The notes under the pieces: generated by a model
Databases searched by the model: none
Told to the model about the DNA's origin: nothing
The model's input: only the letters and a program-made list of their open reading frames with translations
Program-made: the position numbers and the translations under genes
Shown: one piece after another, positions 19,156 through 28,769 of the stretch
Layout: every line of letters begins with the position of its first letter
How positions within the stretch are numbered: position 1 is the first letter of the stretch
NCBI GenBank assembly: GCA_965262115.1
Contig: OZ253496.1
Coordinates: 2,144,001-2,208,000 of the forward strand
Direction of reading: 5' to 3'
DNA from: Nitrospinales bacterium
GTDB lineage: Bacteria; Nitrospinota; Nitrospinia; Nitrospinales; VA-1
DNA length: 64,000 nucleotides

Positions 19156-20319
19156 ATGCCTGCCCTTTCTCCATCTGTTCTCGTGAATTCAATTTTTGAT
19201 GCTATACAGCAATCAGGAGGTTCCTGCATTTACACCTCCACCTCAATCAGAACCCATCCTCGTCAATTTTTTGTTACCCAACTGGATAGATCATTTTCCC
19301 TATGGGTTTATATATGGACTGTTACTCATGGAGGGCGAAAAACATTACCAAACGAATATCGCATCCAAATGACCTCTGTCAGTTCCCCACTGCCCATCAA
19401 TCCAGATGGCCCTACTGTTCTTCTTGGGTATTATCAAGATTTAGGAGTTTTCGCAGGTTTTGATCTTAAGCAACACAAAAACTTCACGGTAGGCTCTCCT
19501 TCAGTACAAATCAGCATTGACACAATCAACGATGCCTTACAACAAGGGCTTGCTTTCTCTGTTAAGGAGAATAATGAAATTGCTGTTGGTATTAGGCCAG
19601 ACCAATTACTTAATTACGTACATAGCTCAGAACAAGTTCATCAATATGGAATTAACAAGCCAACATTAAAACTACTCATTAAAGCTTCTCAAAATAAGCC
19701 GGTTTCGACAACTGAGATCCACGCCCTCTCCAAAAACAGAAGAAAAATTATTTCAACAGTAAGCCGATACTCCAGAGATGGAAACTTTCGCCAACAGGTT
19801 TTGAGTGCTTATAATTGCCGTTGTGCCGTTACCAGGGCTCAATTGCAACTGGTGGATGCTGCTCATATCCTTCCTGTTGAAGTTAAAAAAAGTATTGACC
19901 ACGTGTCCAACGGCATTTCTTTGTCTCCTACAATTCACAGGGCCTTTGACAACCGTTTGATATATTTAGATGAAAGGTGTTATATGAGACCAAACCATGA
20001 AAAAATAGCCGCCTTTCTTTTTTGCCTTCTGCTCCTTTGCTCCCTCAACACCTGGGCCAATGACAATCCAACAAAAACCTCGACTGAAAGGCATATCTAT
20101 ACTGTCATTGAATTCGAATCCGCTTTCATGAACCGGAAAAAAGAAAAGGTGATAAAAATTCTCGGCGAACCGGACTTTCGGTGGGAACATAGAGGGAAAG
20201 AGGTGTGGACATACCATAAGATCATTAAAGATCAGGAAAAGCTTTGGAACCAGAACATCATGTTCGATTTCGGCCGCGTCAACTATATGTGGGGCTCGGA
20301 CAGCGTCCAAGGGCAATGA
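19156..20319 (+). CDS. HNH endonuclease partner of the methylase, apparently fused in frame (~19997) to an unrelated secreted protein
   Basis: FRQQVLSAYNCRCAVT..VDAAHI..NGISLSPTIHRAFD followed by the signal-peptide-like KIAAFLFCLLLLCSLNTWA. Confidence 0.75.
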   Translation: MPALSPSVLVNSIFDAIQQSGGSCIYTSTSIRTHPRQFFVTQLDRSFSLWVYIWTVTHGGRKTLPNEYRIQMTSVSSPLPINPDGPTVLLGYYQDLGVFAGFDLKQHKNFTVGSPSVQISIDTINDALQQGLAFSVKENNEIAVGIRPDQLLNYVHSSEQVHQYGINKPTLKLLIKASQNKPVSTTEIHALSKNRRKIISTVSRYSRDGNFRQQVLSAYNCRCAVTRAQLQLVDAAHILPVEVKKSIDHVSNGISLSPTIHRAFDNRLIYLDERCYMRPNHEKIAAFLFCLLLLCSLNTWANDNPTKTSTERHIYTVIEFESAFMNRKKEKVIKILGEPDFRWEHRGKEVWTYHKIIKDQEKLWNQNIMFDFGRVNYMWGSDSVQGQ

Positions 20320-20573
20320 GCAATAGCCATTTCTTGCGGATAAAATTTATCTCGGCTTTATGGGCTATTACTCTTTGAGTCCAGCGTCACGCTGGCCACT
20401 AACCGTGGGGGCAATGGGCAAAACCTCTTCAAGCCGAGACAACTCTTTGCTTGCCAAAAAAAGCTATTGCTCATTGGGTCCAGCGTCACGCTGGCCACTA
20501 CGTGGAGGCAACGAGCAAGGGCTCTATTGAGCCGAGAGCACGGTTGCTAGCAGTGATAAGCCATTGCCCATTA
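20314..20573. repeat. Array of three ~65-bp units (first inverted) separated by conserved hairpin linkers
   Basis: Units at 20314-20377, 20412-20476 and 20509-20573; linker GTCCAGCGTCACGCTGGCCACTA identical at 20379 and 20478. Confidence 0.88.
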
Positions 20574-20611
20574 CCAGCGAAAGTTTTTCGCCCTTACCTG
20601 GAGGATCCATC

Positions 20612-21397
20612 ATGAACCGCGTTACCGCCCATCCCTTATCCCTGACAAGATTATTCAGTGCCATTCAGGGCAACCTCGAACAACGTGCCTACAGTCCGCA
20701 AACCATCAAGGCCTACCTTGGGCAGTTGCGGCATTTTGTGCGGGACAAAGACTTGACCAATCCGCAAAATGTTTCGGGAGACGATATCAGGAGTTATCTG
20801 GAAGGTCTCGTTATTGATGGGAAGTCAAGATCAACGGTGGACCAGGCTTATAACGCTCTCAGTTATTTTTACAAGGCAGTCTATAATCATGGCCTCATTC
20901 TGGATGGGTTCAAGCGGCCGCGAAAGAAAAAACTAAAACCCGTAATGCTGACAGTCAGTGAAGTGCGAAAAATAGCGATCTCGGCAGAGAACCTGAAACA
21001 CAGGTTGATGATAGAGCTAGCCTATACGGCAGGCTTGCGAGTTTCTGAACTGGTAGTGGTCAAGGTTCAGCATGTGAACCTCGATAAATTAATGCTGTTT
21101 GTGCCGGGAATCGGCAAGTTGGGCGCGCGCACGACTATATTTTCCGTCAGCCTTAAAGATGCCCTGCAAAGACAGATCGGTAATAAAAATCCGGGCGACT
21201 ATTTATTCCCCAGCGAACAGGGAGGGAATCTGACCACTCGCAGTGTCACCAAATTTTTTAAAGCCGCGTTGACCAGCTCTGGAGTGGAAAAGCAGGTCAC
21301 ACCGCATTCACTTCGCCAGTCGTTCACAGCGTTCATGCTCGCCAAAGGAACCGACCGCTTTGCAGTACAAACCCTACTGGGCCGCAGAGCCCTCTAA
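20612..21397 (+). CDS. Tyrosine recombinase (IntI/XerD-like) lacking the C-terminal catalytic His/Tyr segment; may be a pseudogene
   Basis: SAM-like N domain YSPQTIKAY, AGLRVSEL, HSLR; ends LLGRRAL*. Confidence 0.85.
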   Translation: MNRVTAHPLSLTRLFSAIQGNLEQRAYSPQTIKAYLGQLRHFVRDKDLTNPQNVSGDDIRSYLEGLVIDGKSRSTVDQAYNALSYFYKAVYNHGLILDGFKRPRKKKLKPVMLTVSEVRKIAISAENLKHRLMIELAYTAGLRVSELVVVKVQHVNLDKLMLFVPGIGKLGARTTIFSVSLKDALQRQIGNKNPGDYLFPSEQGGNLTTRSVTKFFKAALTSSGVEKQVTPHSLRQSFTAFMLAKGTDRFAVQTLLGRRAL

Positions 21398-21398
21398 C

Positions 21399-21498
21399 CC
21401 CAGTGTGCCGCTGGACCCAACGAGCCATCCTAATTCTGGCGAGCAAATGTTATGGACAGCTCAATCTAGCTCTTGCTAATTCCCTCCCCTGCCAAGGG
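21399..21498. repeat. Mosaic repeat copy between the recombinase and mqnC
   Basis: CCAGTGTGCCGCTGGACC hairpin plus CTGGCGAGCAAA unit. Confidence 0.7.
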
Positions 21499-22566
21499 GG
21501 GCAGATAATCGTATCTCATATTGCGGCGCTGGGGGATGAAACCGCTGTCGCTGATCAAGCGCTTGATTTCCTCTTCGTCCATACAGTAGACGGTTCCTGC
21601 TGCGGCGACCACGTTTTCTTCCATCATGGTACTTCCCATATCGTTGGCTCCGTAGTAAAGCGACACTTGTCCGATTTTCGGACCCTGGGTCACCCATGAC
21701 GATTGCAGGTTATTGAAGTTGTCGAGGAATATGCGGCTGATGGCAAGGGTTTTTAAGTATTCGAATCCGGTCACGGCGGTTTTTATTCCGCTGTCCCCTT
21801 GCAGTTGGGTGTTTCCCGGCTGAAAGCCCCAGGCGATGAATGCGGTGAAGCCTTGGGTTTTGTCCTGCAATTTTCTCAGCCGTTCAAGATGCTCGATACG
21901 TTCTGCAAGCGTTTCGACATGGCCGAACATCATGGTCGCGGTGGTGGGGATTCCCATGTCATGGGCGTGTTCCATGACCTCCAGCCATTCATCTGCCGTG
22001 CATTTTTTTGGACTGATGATTTGGCGTACGCGGTCAACGAGAATCTCCGCGCCGCCGCCGGGTATGGAATCCAATCCCGCCTGTTTGAGCCGGGTGAGAG
22101 TTTCATCCAGTGAGAGTTTCGATATCCGACTGGTATGAATGATTTCCGATGGAGACAGAGCATGGAGATGGATGCCAAACTGTTGTTTGATTTTTTGAAA
22201 CAGGTCTTCAAAATAATCGATCTTTAAATTCTGGTGATGTCCGCCTTGCAGGAGAATCTGGTTGCCACCGGCCGCTACGGTTTCCTCAATTTTTTGCGCG
22301 ATAGTTTCAAAGGGCAGGACATAGGAGTCCGTGTCCGACTCCTTACGGTAAAACGCGCAGAAGGAACAATCGGTAACACAGACATTGGTGTAGTTGATAT
22401 TTCGGTCGACGATGTAGGTGATGGTTTTGTCTGTCCGTTTTTTTCGTGCCAATCTGGAGGCGACGTTTCCCAGAAGCAGGATATCTGTTGTAGAACACAG
22501 TTCCAGTGCCTCATCAGGTTGGATTCGTTGGTCGGCAAGGGCTTTTTCGAGGATGGGTTCAATCAT
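21466..22566 (-). CDS. mqnC: Cyclic dehypoxanthine futalosine synthase (radical SAM)
   Basis: DRNINYTNVCVTDCSFCAF, PGGGAEIL, SSWVTQG, MEENVV. Confidence 0.9.
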   Translation of the reverse strand: MIEPILEKALADQRIQPDEALELCSTTDILLLGNVASRLARKKRTDKTITYIVDRNINYTNVCVTDCSFCAFYRKESDTDSYVLPFETIAQKIEETVAAGGNQILLQGGHHQNLKIDYFEDLFQKIKQQFGIHLHALSPSEIIHTSRISKLSLDETLTRLKQAGLDSIPGGGAEILVDRVRQIISPKKCTADEWLEVMEHAHDMGIPTTATMMFGHVETLAERIEHLERLRKLQDKTQGFTAFIAWGFQPGNTQLQGDSGIKTAVTGFEYLKTLAISRIFLDNFNNLQSSWVTQGPKIGQVSLYYGANDMGSTMMEENVVAAAGTVYCMDEEEIKRLISDSGFIPQRRNMRYDYLPPLAGEGISKS

Positions 22567-22961
22567 GATGAACTGGGATTATCGCAATGAATTTCAAGAT
22601 GGTTGTCATCGGGATCGTTAAAATAAAGAGACTTGCCATCTCCACGTTTTACGGGACCGCTATCGATTTTCACGTTTTTTGTTTGGAGTTCTTTTACGAT
22701 ATTATCAAAGTCAGCGGCACTGGCTTCAAAGGCAAGATGCAAGTACCCGTCTTCACTGAGAAGGTTCATCGCTTCTTTGACTTCCAGATCCGGGGCCTCA
22801 AAAAGGGCGATGGCGGCGTTGCCTGTTTCCAGCATGATATGCCTCAAACCTTTGGAAAACCGGTGGCTGACGTTGAATCCGAGCACTTCCGTATAAAAAC
22901 GTTCGGCGCGATCCAGGTCGCTGACATTGAGGGCAATGTGGTGGATGCCTTTGAGTTGCAT
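22563..22961 (-). CDS. VOC/glyoxalase family protein
   Basis: IHHIALNVSDL, HLAF, YFNDPDDNHLE. Confidence 0.9.
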   Translation of the reverse strand: MQLKGIHHIALNVSDLDRAERFYTEVLGFNVSHRFSKGLRHIMLETGNAAIALFEAPDLEVKEAMNLLSEDGYLHLAFEASAADFDNIVKELQTKNVKIDSGPVKRGDGKSLYFNDPDDNHLEIHCDNPSSS

Positions 22962-22970
22962 GTTGGAAAG

Positions 22971-23345
22971 TTAAAGGGTGCCGGGGCCCGAGGCCATCGA
23001 TGATTCCAGGCCGTCAATACCCAGGTCTTTCATTTCCTCTTCTTTGGTTATGAGAAAAATATGGTAACCAAACTTGCTTTTGATCGGGCCTTGCACTTCG
23101 CCGACCGGAGCCGCCATAGCAGCATTTTCCAATTCGGGAGCCGCGGTATTATGCTCGAGAAACCCGAGATCCCCGCCCTTATTGCGGGTTCCGCAGGCGC
23201 TGTATTTTTTAGCCATTTTGGCAAACATTTTAAACAGTATCTCGCGGTCTTTATACTCATCCTCCTTGAGGTGGTCAAGAAGCACGTTGGCAAGCTCTTC
23301 GGTACTTAAAACAATGTGGCTGACTTGAATAGATCGTATCGGCAT
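22971..23345 (-). CDS. Parvulin-type peptidyl-prolyl isomerase (PpiC-like)
   Basis: SHIVL, AKKYSAC..GGDLG, SKFGYHI. Confidence 0.85.
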   Translation of the reverse strand: MPIRSIQVSHIVLSTEELANVLLDHLKEDEYKDREILFKMFAKMAKKYSACGTRNKGGDLGFLEHNTAAPELENAAMAAPVGEVQGPIKSKFGYHIFLITKEEEMKDLGIDGLESSMASGPGTL

Positions 23346-23484
23346 ATCGGCATCCCTGTCCGTAATGGACGTTGGTAAATGGGTTTATGTAATATGGGGC
23401 TATTATACTCGCCACCAGCCGCAGAGGCAACCGCCACTAGGCGTGGGGCCAGTGAGCAAAGAGTTTTCTGGGTTGAAAAAGCTA

Positions 23485-25026
23485 TTATTCACTGCCCCCG
23501 GGCGTGGCCCGGAATGCTTCGATGGCGTCAAGGAGAGCGGGTACGGTGTATTGTTCCGGCACGATTTCCACGTTTAATCCCGCATCTTTTGCGGTTTTTG
23601 CGGTGACCGGGCCGATACAGGCGATCTTTGTTTTTTTGATTGCGGGGAGGAGTTTTTCACCGGTCAGTGCTAAAAAGTTTTTGACGGTGGAGGAGGAGGT
23701 GAAGGTAATGACATCAATGCTCCCTGCTTCGAGTCTCTTTGCCAATGCTTCCACTGGTGTGTCAGGCAGAATGGTCTGGTAAGCCGGGGCAATATCGACA
23801 ATGGCCCCCATTTCCCGCAGTTGTTCGGGCAGGGTTTCGCGGGCGACGGTGGCGCGGGGTAAAAGAAACCGTTTGCCTTCTATGTTTTCCTTACCGATGC
23901 TTTCAATCAGGGATTCGGCGACAAAATTTTCAGGCACCACGTCCACGCGGATTCCCAAGTCGCGAACGGCATCGGCGGTTTTGGGTCCGATGGTGAAGAC
24001 CCGCAGCCCTTTCAATTCACGGATGTCTTGATCGACAGCCTTGAGTCGTTCCACAAAAAATCGCACGCCATTGACGCTGGTGAATATCAGTCCCTGATAT
24101 TGAGAGAGGTTGTTCAGCGCATTATCCAGGGGGGACCAGTCATCCGGGGCGGTGGTCTCGATCACCGGGAAAAAGAAAGGCTCAGCACCCAGCTCCTGCA
24201 GTCGGTCGATCATGGCTTCGGCCTGGTCGCCTTTTCGCGTGACGACAACGGTTTTGCCGAACAGCGGCAGGTGCTCATACCATTCGATGACGGGTTTCAG
24301 GTTCACCACTTCTCCGATGATGGTCAGAGCCGGGGGCAAGATTTTATCCTTCGCCGAAATTTCCACGATGGTGCCAAGAGTGCCGGTCCAGGTTTTCTGC
24401 CGGGCTGTCGTGCCCCATTGCACAACGGCGATAGGGGTATCCGGACTTTTCCCGAAACTCATGAGTTTTTCGACAATCAAAGGCAGTTTGCGTGCGCCCA
24501 TGAGAAAAACTAAAGTCCCGGACCGGGCAGCTATCTTTTCCCAATCGATATGAATGTCCCCCTGCTTTTTTTCGTTGCTCCCGGTAATGATAGAAAGGGT
24601 GGAAGAAAGATTGCGGTGCGTGAGCGGGATACCGGCATAGGCCGCAACGCCGGTTACCGAGGTCACGCCGGGAACAATGATGAATGCAATGCCTGCTGTC
24701 CGGACGGCCTGAATCTCTTCTCCTCCGCGCCCAAAGATAAAAGGGTCCCCGCCTTTTAAGCGGATAACGGTTTTTCCTTCACGGGCTTTGCTGACGAACA
24801 GTTGATTGATCTCTTCCTGTTCCATGGAGGCAATGCCCTCTTTTTTTCCGACATAAATTATTTCCGCTGATTTTTGCGTGAAGCGAATCATATCTGGATT
24901 GACCAGGTGGTCATATAAGATGACATCGGCTTTTTGGAGCCACTTTTTTCCGTTCAAGGTCAACAGGCCGATATCGCCTGGCCCGGCGCCTACTAGCACC
25001 ACTTTTCCTTTATTTGAGTTGGTCAT
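23485..25026 (-). CDS. cobA/hemD: Uroporphyrinogen-III C-methyltransferase / uroporphyrinogen-III synthase fusion
   Basis: VGAGPGD, RLKGGDPFIFGRGGEE, then HemD motifs FTSVNGV, FTSSSTV, IGPVTA. Confidence 0.93.
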   Translation of the reverse strand: MTNSNKGKVVLVGAGPGDIGLLTLNGKKWLQKADVILYDHLVNPDMIRFTQKSAEIIYVGKKEGIASMEQEEINQLFVSKAREGKTVIRLKGGDPFIFGRGGEEIQAVRTAGIAFIIVPGVTSVTGVAAYAGIPLTHRNLSSTLSIITGSNEKKQGDIHIDWEKIAARSGTLVFLMGARKLPLIVEKLMSFGKSPDTPIAVVQWGTTARQKTWTGTLGTIVEISAKDKILPPALTIIGEVVNLKPVIEWYEHLPLFGKTVVVTRKGDQAEAMIDRLQELGAEPFFFPVIETTAPDDWSPLDNALNNLSQYQGLIFTSVNGVRFFVERLKAVDQDIRELKGLRVFTIGPKTADAVRDLGIRVDVVPENFVAESLIESIGKENIEGKRFLLPRATVARETLPEQLREMGAIVDIAPAYQTILPDTPVEALAKRLEAGSIDVITFTSSSTVKNFLALTGEKLLPAIKKTKIACIGPVTAKTAKDAGLNVEIVPEQYTVPALLDAIEAFRATPGGSE

Positions 25027-25082
25027 AATTTGATAGTTTGTGGTTTTTGGGGCCGGTAAATTCCGGATGGTGGCTCACCTTT

Positions 25083-25871
25083 TCAGGCGGCGGTGAGAGC
25101 ATGAACATGGTTGGAAATATCTGCGAAATCTTCGAGCGAGAGGGTTTCGCCTCTCCGGTTAAGATCAATACCGGCCAATCGGACTTGCCCGTTTTCCTGG
25201 TTAAAAAGATGTTCCCAGTCTTTTAAATTATTTTTCAGCATTTTCCGTTTATGAAAAAATGCGGAGTTCACCAGTTTAAAAAACAGTTTTGGGTTTTCAA
25301 CCTGCACATTGGGTTGGGACCGGGGCGTTAGACCGATGAGCGAAGAATCAATTTTTGGTTTCGGCGAAAACGCAGTGTTGGGAATTTCAAGCAATCGTTG
25401 AACCTCGCAATGATACTGCACAAAGACGGTGAGCGAGCCGTATTCCCGCTGACCAGGTTTGGCCGTTAATCGGTCTACCACTTCTTTTTGTAACATCAAT
25501 GTCATGGAGCAGATTTGATTCCGGTAATGGATCAATTTTTTCATAATATGGGTGGCGGCGTAATAAGGAAGATTGGAAACGACTTTAAGTCCTTTTCCCA
25601 GAGAAGCGTAATCGAACTTTGCGGCATCGCCTTCAATCAGTTTAAAAGACGGGATATCGCCAAAACGGTTTCGCAGGTCATTTGAAAGCCGGGGATCCAG
25701 TTCAATAGCGGTCAGCGAATCGGTCTGGTGGATCAGTAGTTGGGTGAGGACACCCTTTCCGGGTCCGATTTCAACCACCGGTTCGCCGGGCTGGACATGG
25801 GCCAATTGGATGATGTTCTGAGCGATGTTGAGGTCGATCAGGAAATTTTGTCCGAGTGGCCTCTTCTTCAT
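25083..25871 (-). CDS. rsmA: 16S rRNA adenine dimethyltransferase
   Basis: LGQNFL, EIGPGKG, NLPY, LQKEV. Confidence 0.95.
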   Translation of the reverse strand: MKKRPLGQNFLIDLNIAQNIIQLAHVQPGEPVVEIGPGKGVLTQLLIHQTDSLTAIELDPRLSNDLRNRFGDIPSFKLIEGDAAKFDYASLGKGLKVVSNLPYYAATHIMKKLIHYRNQICSMTLMLQKEVVDRLTAKPGQREYGSLTVFVQYHCEVQRLLEIPNTAFSPKPKIDSSLIGLTPRSQPNVQVENPKLFFKLVNSAFFHKRKMLKNNLKDWEHLFNQENGQVRLAGIDLNRRGETLSLEDFADISNHVHALTAA

Positions 25872-26872
25872 TTCATGAAGAGTGTGGATTGCGACAACCG
25901 GCTCGCCGTCCTCAAAGCCATTTTAAGATTTTCGGGGCAGGCTCTGTCTCTTCCCGCAATGTCGAATGCGGTGCCATGATCTACGGAGGTTCTCAATATG
26001 GGCAGGCCCAAGGTGATGTTCACTCCCTGTCCGGAGGAGTCCATCTTCACCGGGATCATTCCTTGATCGTGATACATGCAGACCACCGCGTCATACTTCT
26101 CGGAACCCGGCCTGCCGAACAGGGCATCGGCGGAGAAGGGGCCGCTGGCCTGGATGCCTTCCGTCTGCACGGTTTTCAATGCGGGTAAAATGAAATCGGT
26201 TTCTTCCTGCCCGAAAATTCCTCCATCGCCACAATGCGGGTTGAGTCCTGTTACGGCAATATTGGGAACATCGGTCACATGCCGGGTTAGCCATTCATGA
26301 GTCAGACGAATGGTTTTGAGTACCCTTTCTTCGGTAATGAGAGGCTGGACCTGGCCCAAGGGAACATGAGTGGTGACAAGTACAACCCTTAGGTTCTTGC
26401 CTGCCATCATAAGCGCGGCTTGTTTGGAATTTGTGAGATGGGCCAGCAGTTCGGTATGTCCGGGAAACGGATAGCCCGCAAGATGCAGGCTTTTTTTATT
26501 AATGGGTGCCGTTGTGATGGCTGAGACTTCGTCGCAGAGTGCCAGATCTACAGCGGCTTTGATGGCCTCATAACTGGCCCGGCCTGCTTCGGCGCTGGAT
26601 TTGCCTACAGGAATACTTTCGGGCACGTTCTTGAGATCGATGACATCAATGGTGCAGGTCTGGTACCAGCCCTCTTCGGGTCGGTCAATAGGGTGCACCA
26701 GAATTTCCGGGGCATACTTTTTTGCGGTTTCCTGGAGCAGGCGCGCATCACCTATGACCACCGCTCGGGACTGCAGCGGTAAGGTGTCATCCTGAAAAGC
26801 TTTGACAATAACTTCGGGCCCGATCCCTGCCGGGTCTCCCATTGTTAAGGCGATGATAGGTGTTGAATCCAT
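25868..26872 (-). CDS. pdxA: 4-hydroxythreonine-4-phosphate dehydrogenase
   Basis: TMGDPAGIGPE, GHTE, GLNPH, MYHDQG, RTSVDHGTAFDIAG. Confidence 0.95.
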   Translation of the reverse strand: MDSTPIIALTMGDPAGIGPEVIVKAFQDDTLPLQSRAVVIGDARLLQETAKKYAPEILVHPIDRPEEGWYQTCTIDVIDLKNVPESIPVGKSSAEAGRASYEAIKAAVDLALCDEVSAITTAPINKKSLHLAGYPFPGHTELLAHLTNSKQAALMMAGKNLRVVLVTTHVPLGQVQPLITEERVLKTIRLTHEWLTRHVTDVPNIAVTGLNPHCGDGGIFGQEETDFILPALKTVQTEGIQASGPFSADALFGRPGSEKYDAVVCMYHDQGMIPVKMDSSGQGVNITLGLPILRTSVDHGTAFDIAGRDRACPENLKMALRTASRLSQSTLFMK

Positions 26873-26920
26873 ATTTATGTCCCTATTTCAGGAACGAAAA
26901 TACCACGGATTGAAGGAAAA

Positions 26921-28576
26921 TCACTTCCTCAATTTATGGATTTTCCCCTTGGGTTTTTTTGACGACCCGGACGGCCTTGGACTGGCATCCAGGATTTTTT
27001 TATCCACGTTGTCTTCGTATTCTTTGAAATTTTCTATAAATTGGTTTGCAAGTTCCTGGGCTTTTTCGTCGTAGGCTTCCGGATTTTTCCAGGTGTTTCT
27101 AGGCTGAAGGATTTCATCCGGGACCGATTTAACCTTAAGCGGGATATGCAGGCCGAAAACCGGATCTTCCTGAGTTTTCACCTTATCCAACTGGCCTTCG
27201 AGAATAGCCTTGATCATGGCCCGGGTATATTTGATTTCTACCCGGTGTCCGACCCCATAAGGCCCACCCGTCCATCCGGTATTCACCAACCAACAGGACA
27301 CGCCATGTTTGGCAATCCTTTCACCCAGCATATCTGCATAAACGGAAGGGTGCAGGGACATGAATGGAGCGCCAAAACAGGTGCTGAAAATTGCTGTAGG
27401 TTCACGGCTCATGCCTTTTTCGGTGCCTGCCACTTTTGCGGTATAGCCTGAGATAAAATGATACATGGCCTGTTCCGGGGTGAGCTTGGAAACCGGAGGC
27501 ATGACCCCATAAGCGTCGCAGGTCAGCATGATCACGTTATTAGGGTGATCGCCCATACCACTGAGCACGGCATTATTAATATGGGTGATGGGGTAACTGG
27601 CGCGAGTATTTTCGGTGAGACTGGCATCATCAAGATTGAGTCGGCGCGTATCATGATCCAAAACCACATTTTCAAGCAGGGTGCCAAACCGGCGCGTGCA
27701 GTCATAAATTTCGGGTTCAGATTTCCTGGATAGGCGAATCACCTTGGCGTAACAGCCGCCCTCAAAATTAAAAACGCCCCGGTCACTCCAGCCATGTTCG
27801 TCATCTCCGATTAGCTTGCGCAAAGGATCGGCAGATAAGGTGGTTTTCCCGGTTCCTGAAAGCCCGAAAAATATGGCGGAATCGCCACTTTTGCTGATAT
27901 TTGCAGAACAATGCATGGATAACACGGACTGTTTTTGCGGCAGCAGGTAATTTAAAATAGAGAAAACGGATTTTTTAATTTCCCCGGCATAACTCGTTCC
28001 ACCGATCAAAACCAATTGTTTGCCAAAATCAACAATAACAAAAACTTCTGAATGGGTGCCATCAATGGCGGGCACAGCTTTAAAACCGGGAACCTGAATG
28101 ACGGTGAACGCCGGCTCATGAGTTTCCAGTTTGGCCATATCCCGGATCTGGATAAACATGTTTCTCGCAAACAGGCTGTGCCATGCTTGTTCGGTGATGA
28201 CGCGAATATGGGTCTGGTGCTTGGGATCGGAACCAGCGCAACAATCCTGCACATAAACTTCTTTTCCCTGAAGATAAGCCAGTACTCTGGAGTACAGGGC
28301 TTCAAACTGTTCCACCGTGAAAGGCCGGTTGACTTTCCCCCACCAGATGTTCTCCTGGCTGGAAGGCTCCTGAACAATAAACTTATCTTTGGGAGCACGC
28401 CCGGTATGTTCCCCTGTGCTTACGCACACAGGCCCTAAATGGGAAAGATGTCCTTCTCCGTTATTGATGATGTGCTCGTAGAGCTGAGGAGTGGATAAAT
28501 TCCAGTGAATTTTTTCCAGATTTTTTAAGCCATGCGTTTCCAACCCAACTTTATGTTTTAAAACTTTTTGCGGCAT
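26921..28576 (-). CDS. pckA: Phosphoenolpyruvate carboxykinase (ATP)
   Basis: YAGEIKK, GLSGTGKTTLS, IGDDEHGW, NFEGGCYAK. Confidence 0.97.
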   Translation of the reverse strand: MPQKVLKHKVGLETHGLKNLEKIHWNLSTPQLYEHIINNGEGHLSHLGPVCVSTGEHTGRAPKDKFIVQEPSSQENIWWGKVNRPFTVEQFEALYSRVLAYLQGKEVYVQDCCAGSDPKHQTHIRVITEQAWHSLFARNMFIQIRDMAKLETHEPAFTVIQVPGFKAVPAIDGTHSEVFVIVDFGKQLVLIGGTSYAGEIKKSVFSILNYLLPQKQSVLSMHCSANISKSGDSAIFFGLSGTGKTTLSADPLRKLIGDDEHGWSDRGVFNFEGGCYAKVIRLSRKSEPEIYDCTRRFGTLLENVVLDHDTRRLNLDDASLTENTRASYPITHINNAVLSGMGDHPNNVIMLTCDAYGVMPPVSKLTPEQAMYHFISGYTAKVAGTEKGMSREPTAIFSTCFGAPFMSLHPSVYADMLGERIAKHGVSCWLVNTGWTGGPYGVGHRVEIKYTRAMIKAILEGQLDKVKTQEDPVFGLHIPLKVKSVPDEILQPRNTWKNPEAYDEKAQELANQFIENFKEYEDNVDKKILDASPRPSGSSKKPKGKIHKLRK

Positions 28577-28769
28577 GGACGATATTCCTTTATGATATGA
28601 GGGACATGGTTATAACCCTTTGAAAGGGTATGGGTTCCCTTGGTTATTAGCCTGGATGCGTTGAATAACTCGCTAATGATATATAAAAGTTTATCATATT
28701 CACGAAAAATGAAAACCGCTTTTTGCTGTAGATCTTGGTCTTTAAGGATAAATTTTTTAGAATTTTAGA

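Noticed and set aside
20379..20508. CRISPR array (identical 23-bp hairpin repeats)
   Set aside because: Only two repeats, the intervening units are homologous to each other, and no cas genes are present
20314..21500. Integron with attC sites (IntI-like N-terminus; several repeats begin with TAAC)
   Set aside because: No convincing RYYYAAC...GTTRRRY pairs with complementary L boxes, no evident IntI-specific insertion, and the flanking genes are housekeeping rather than cassettes
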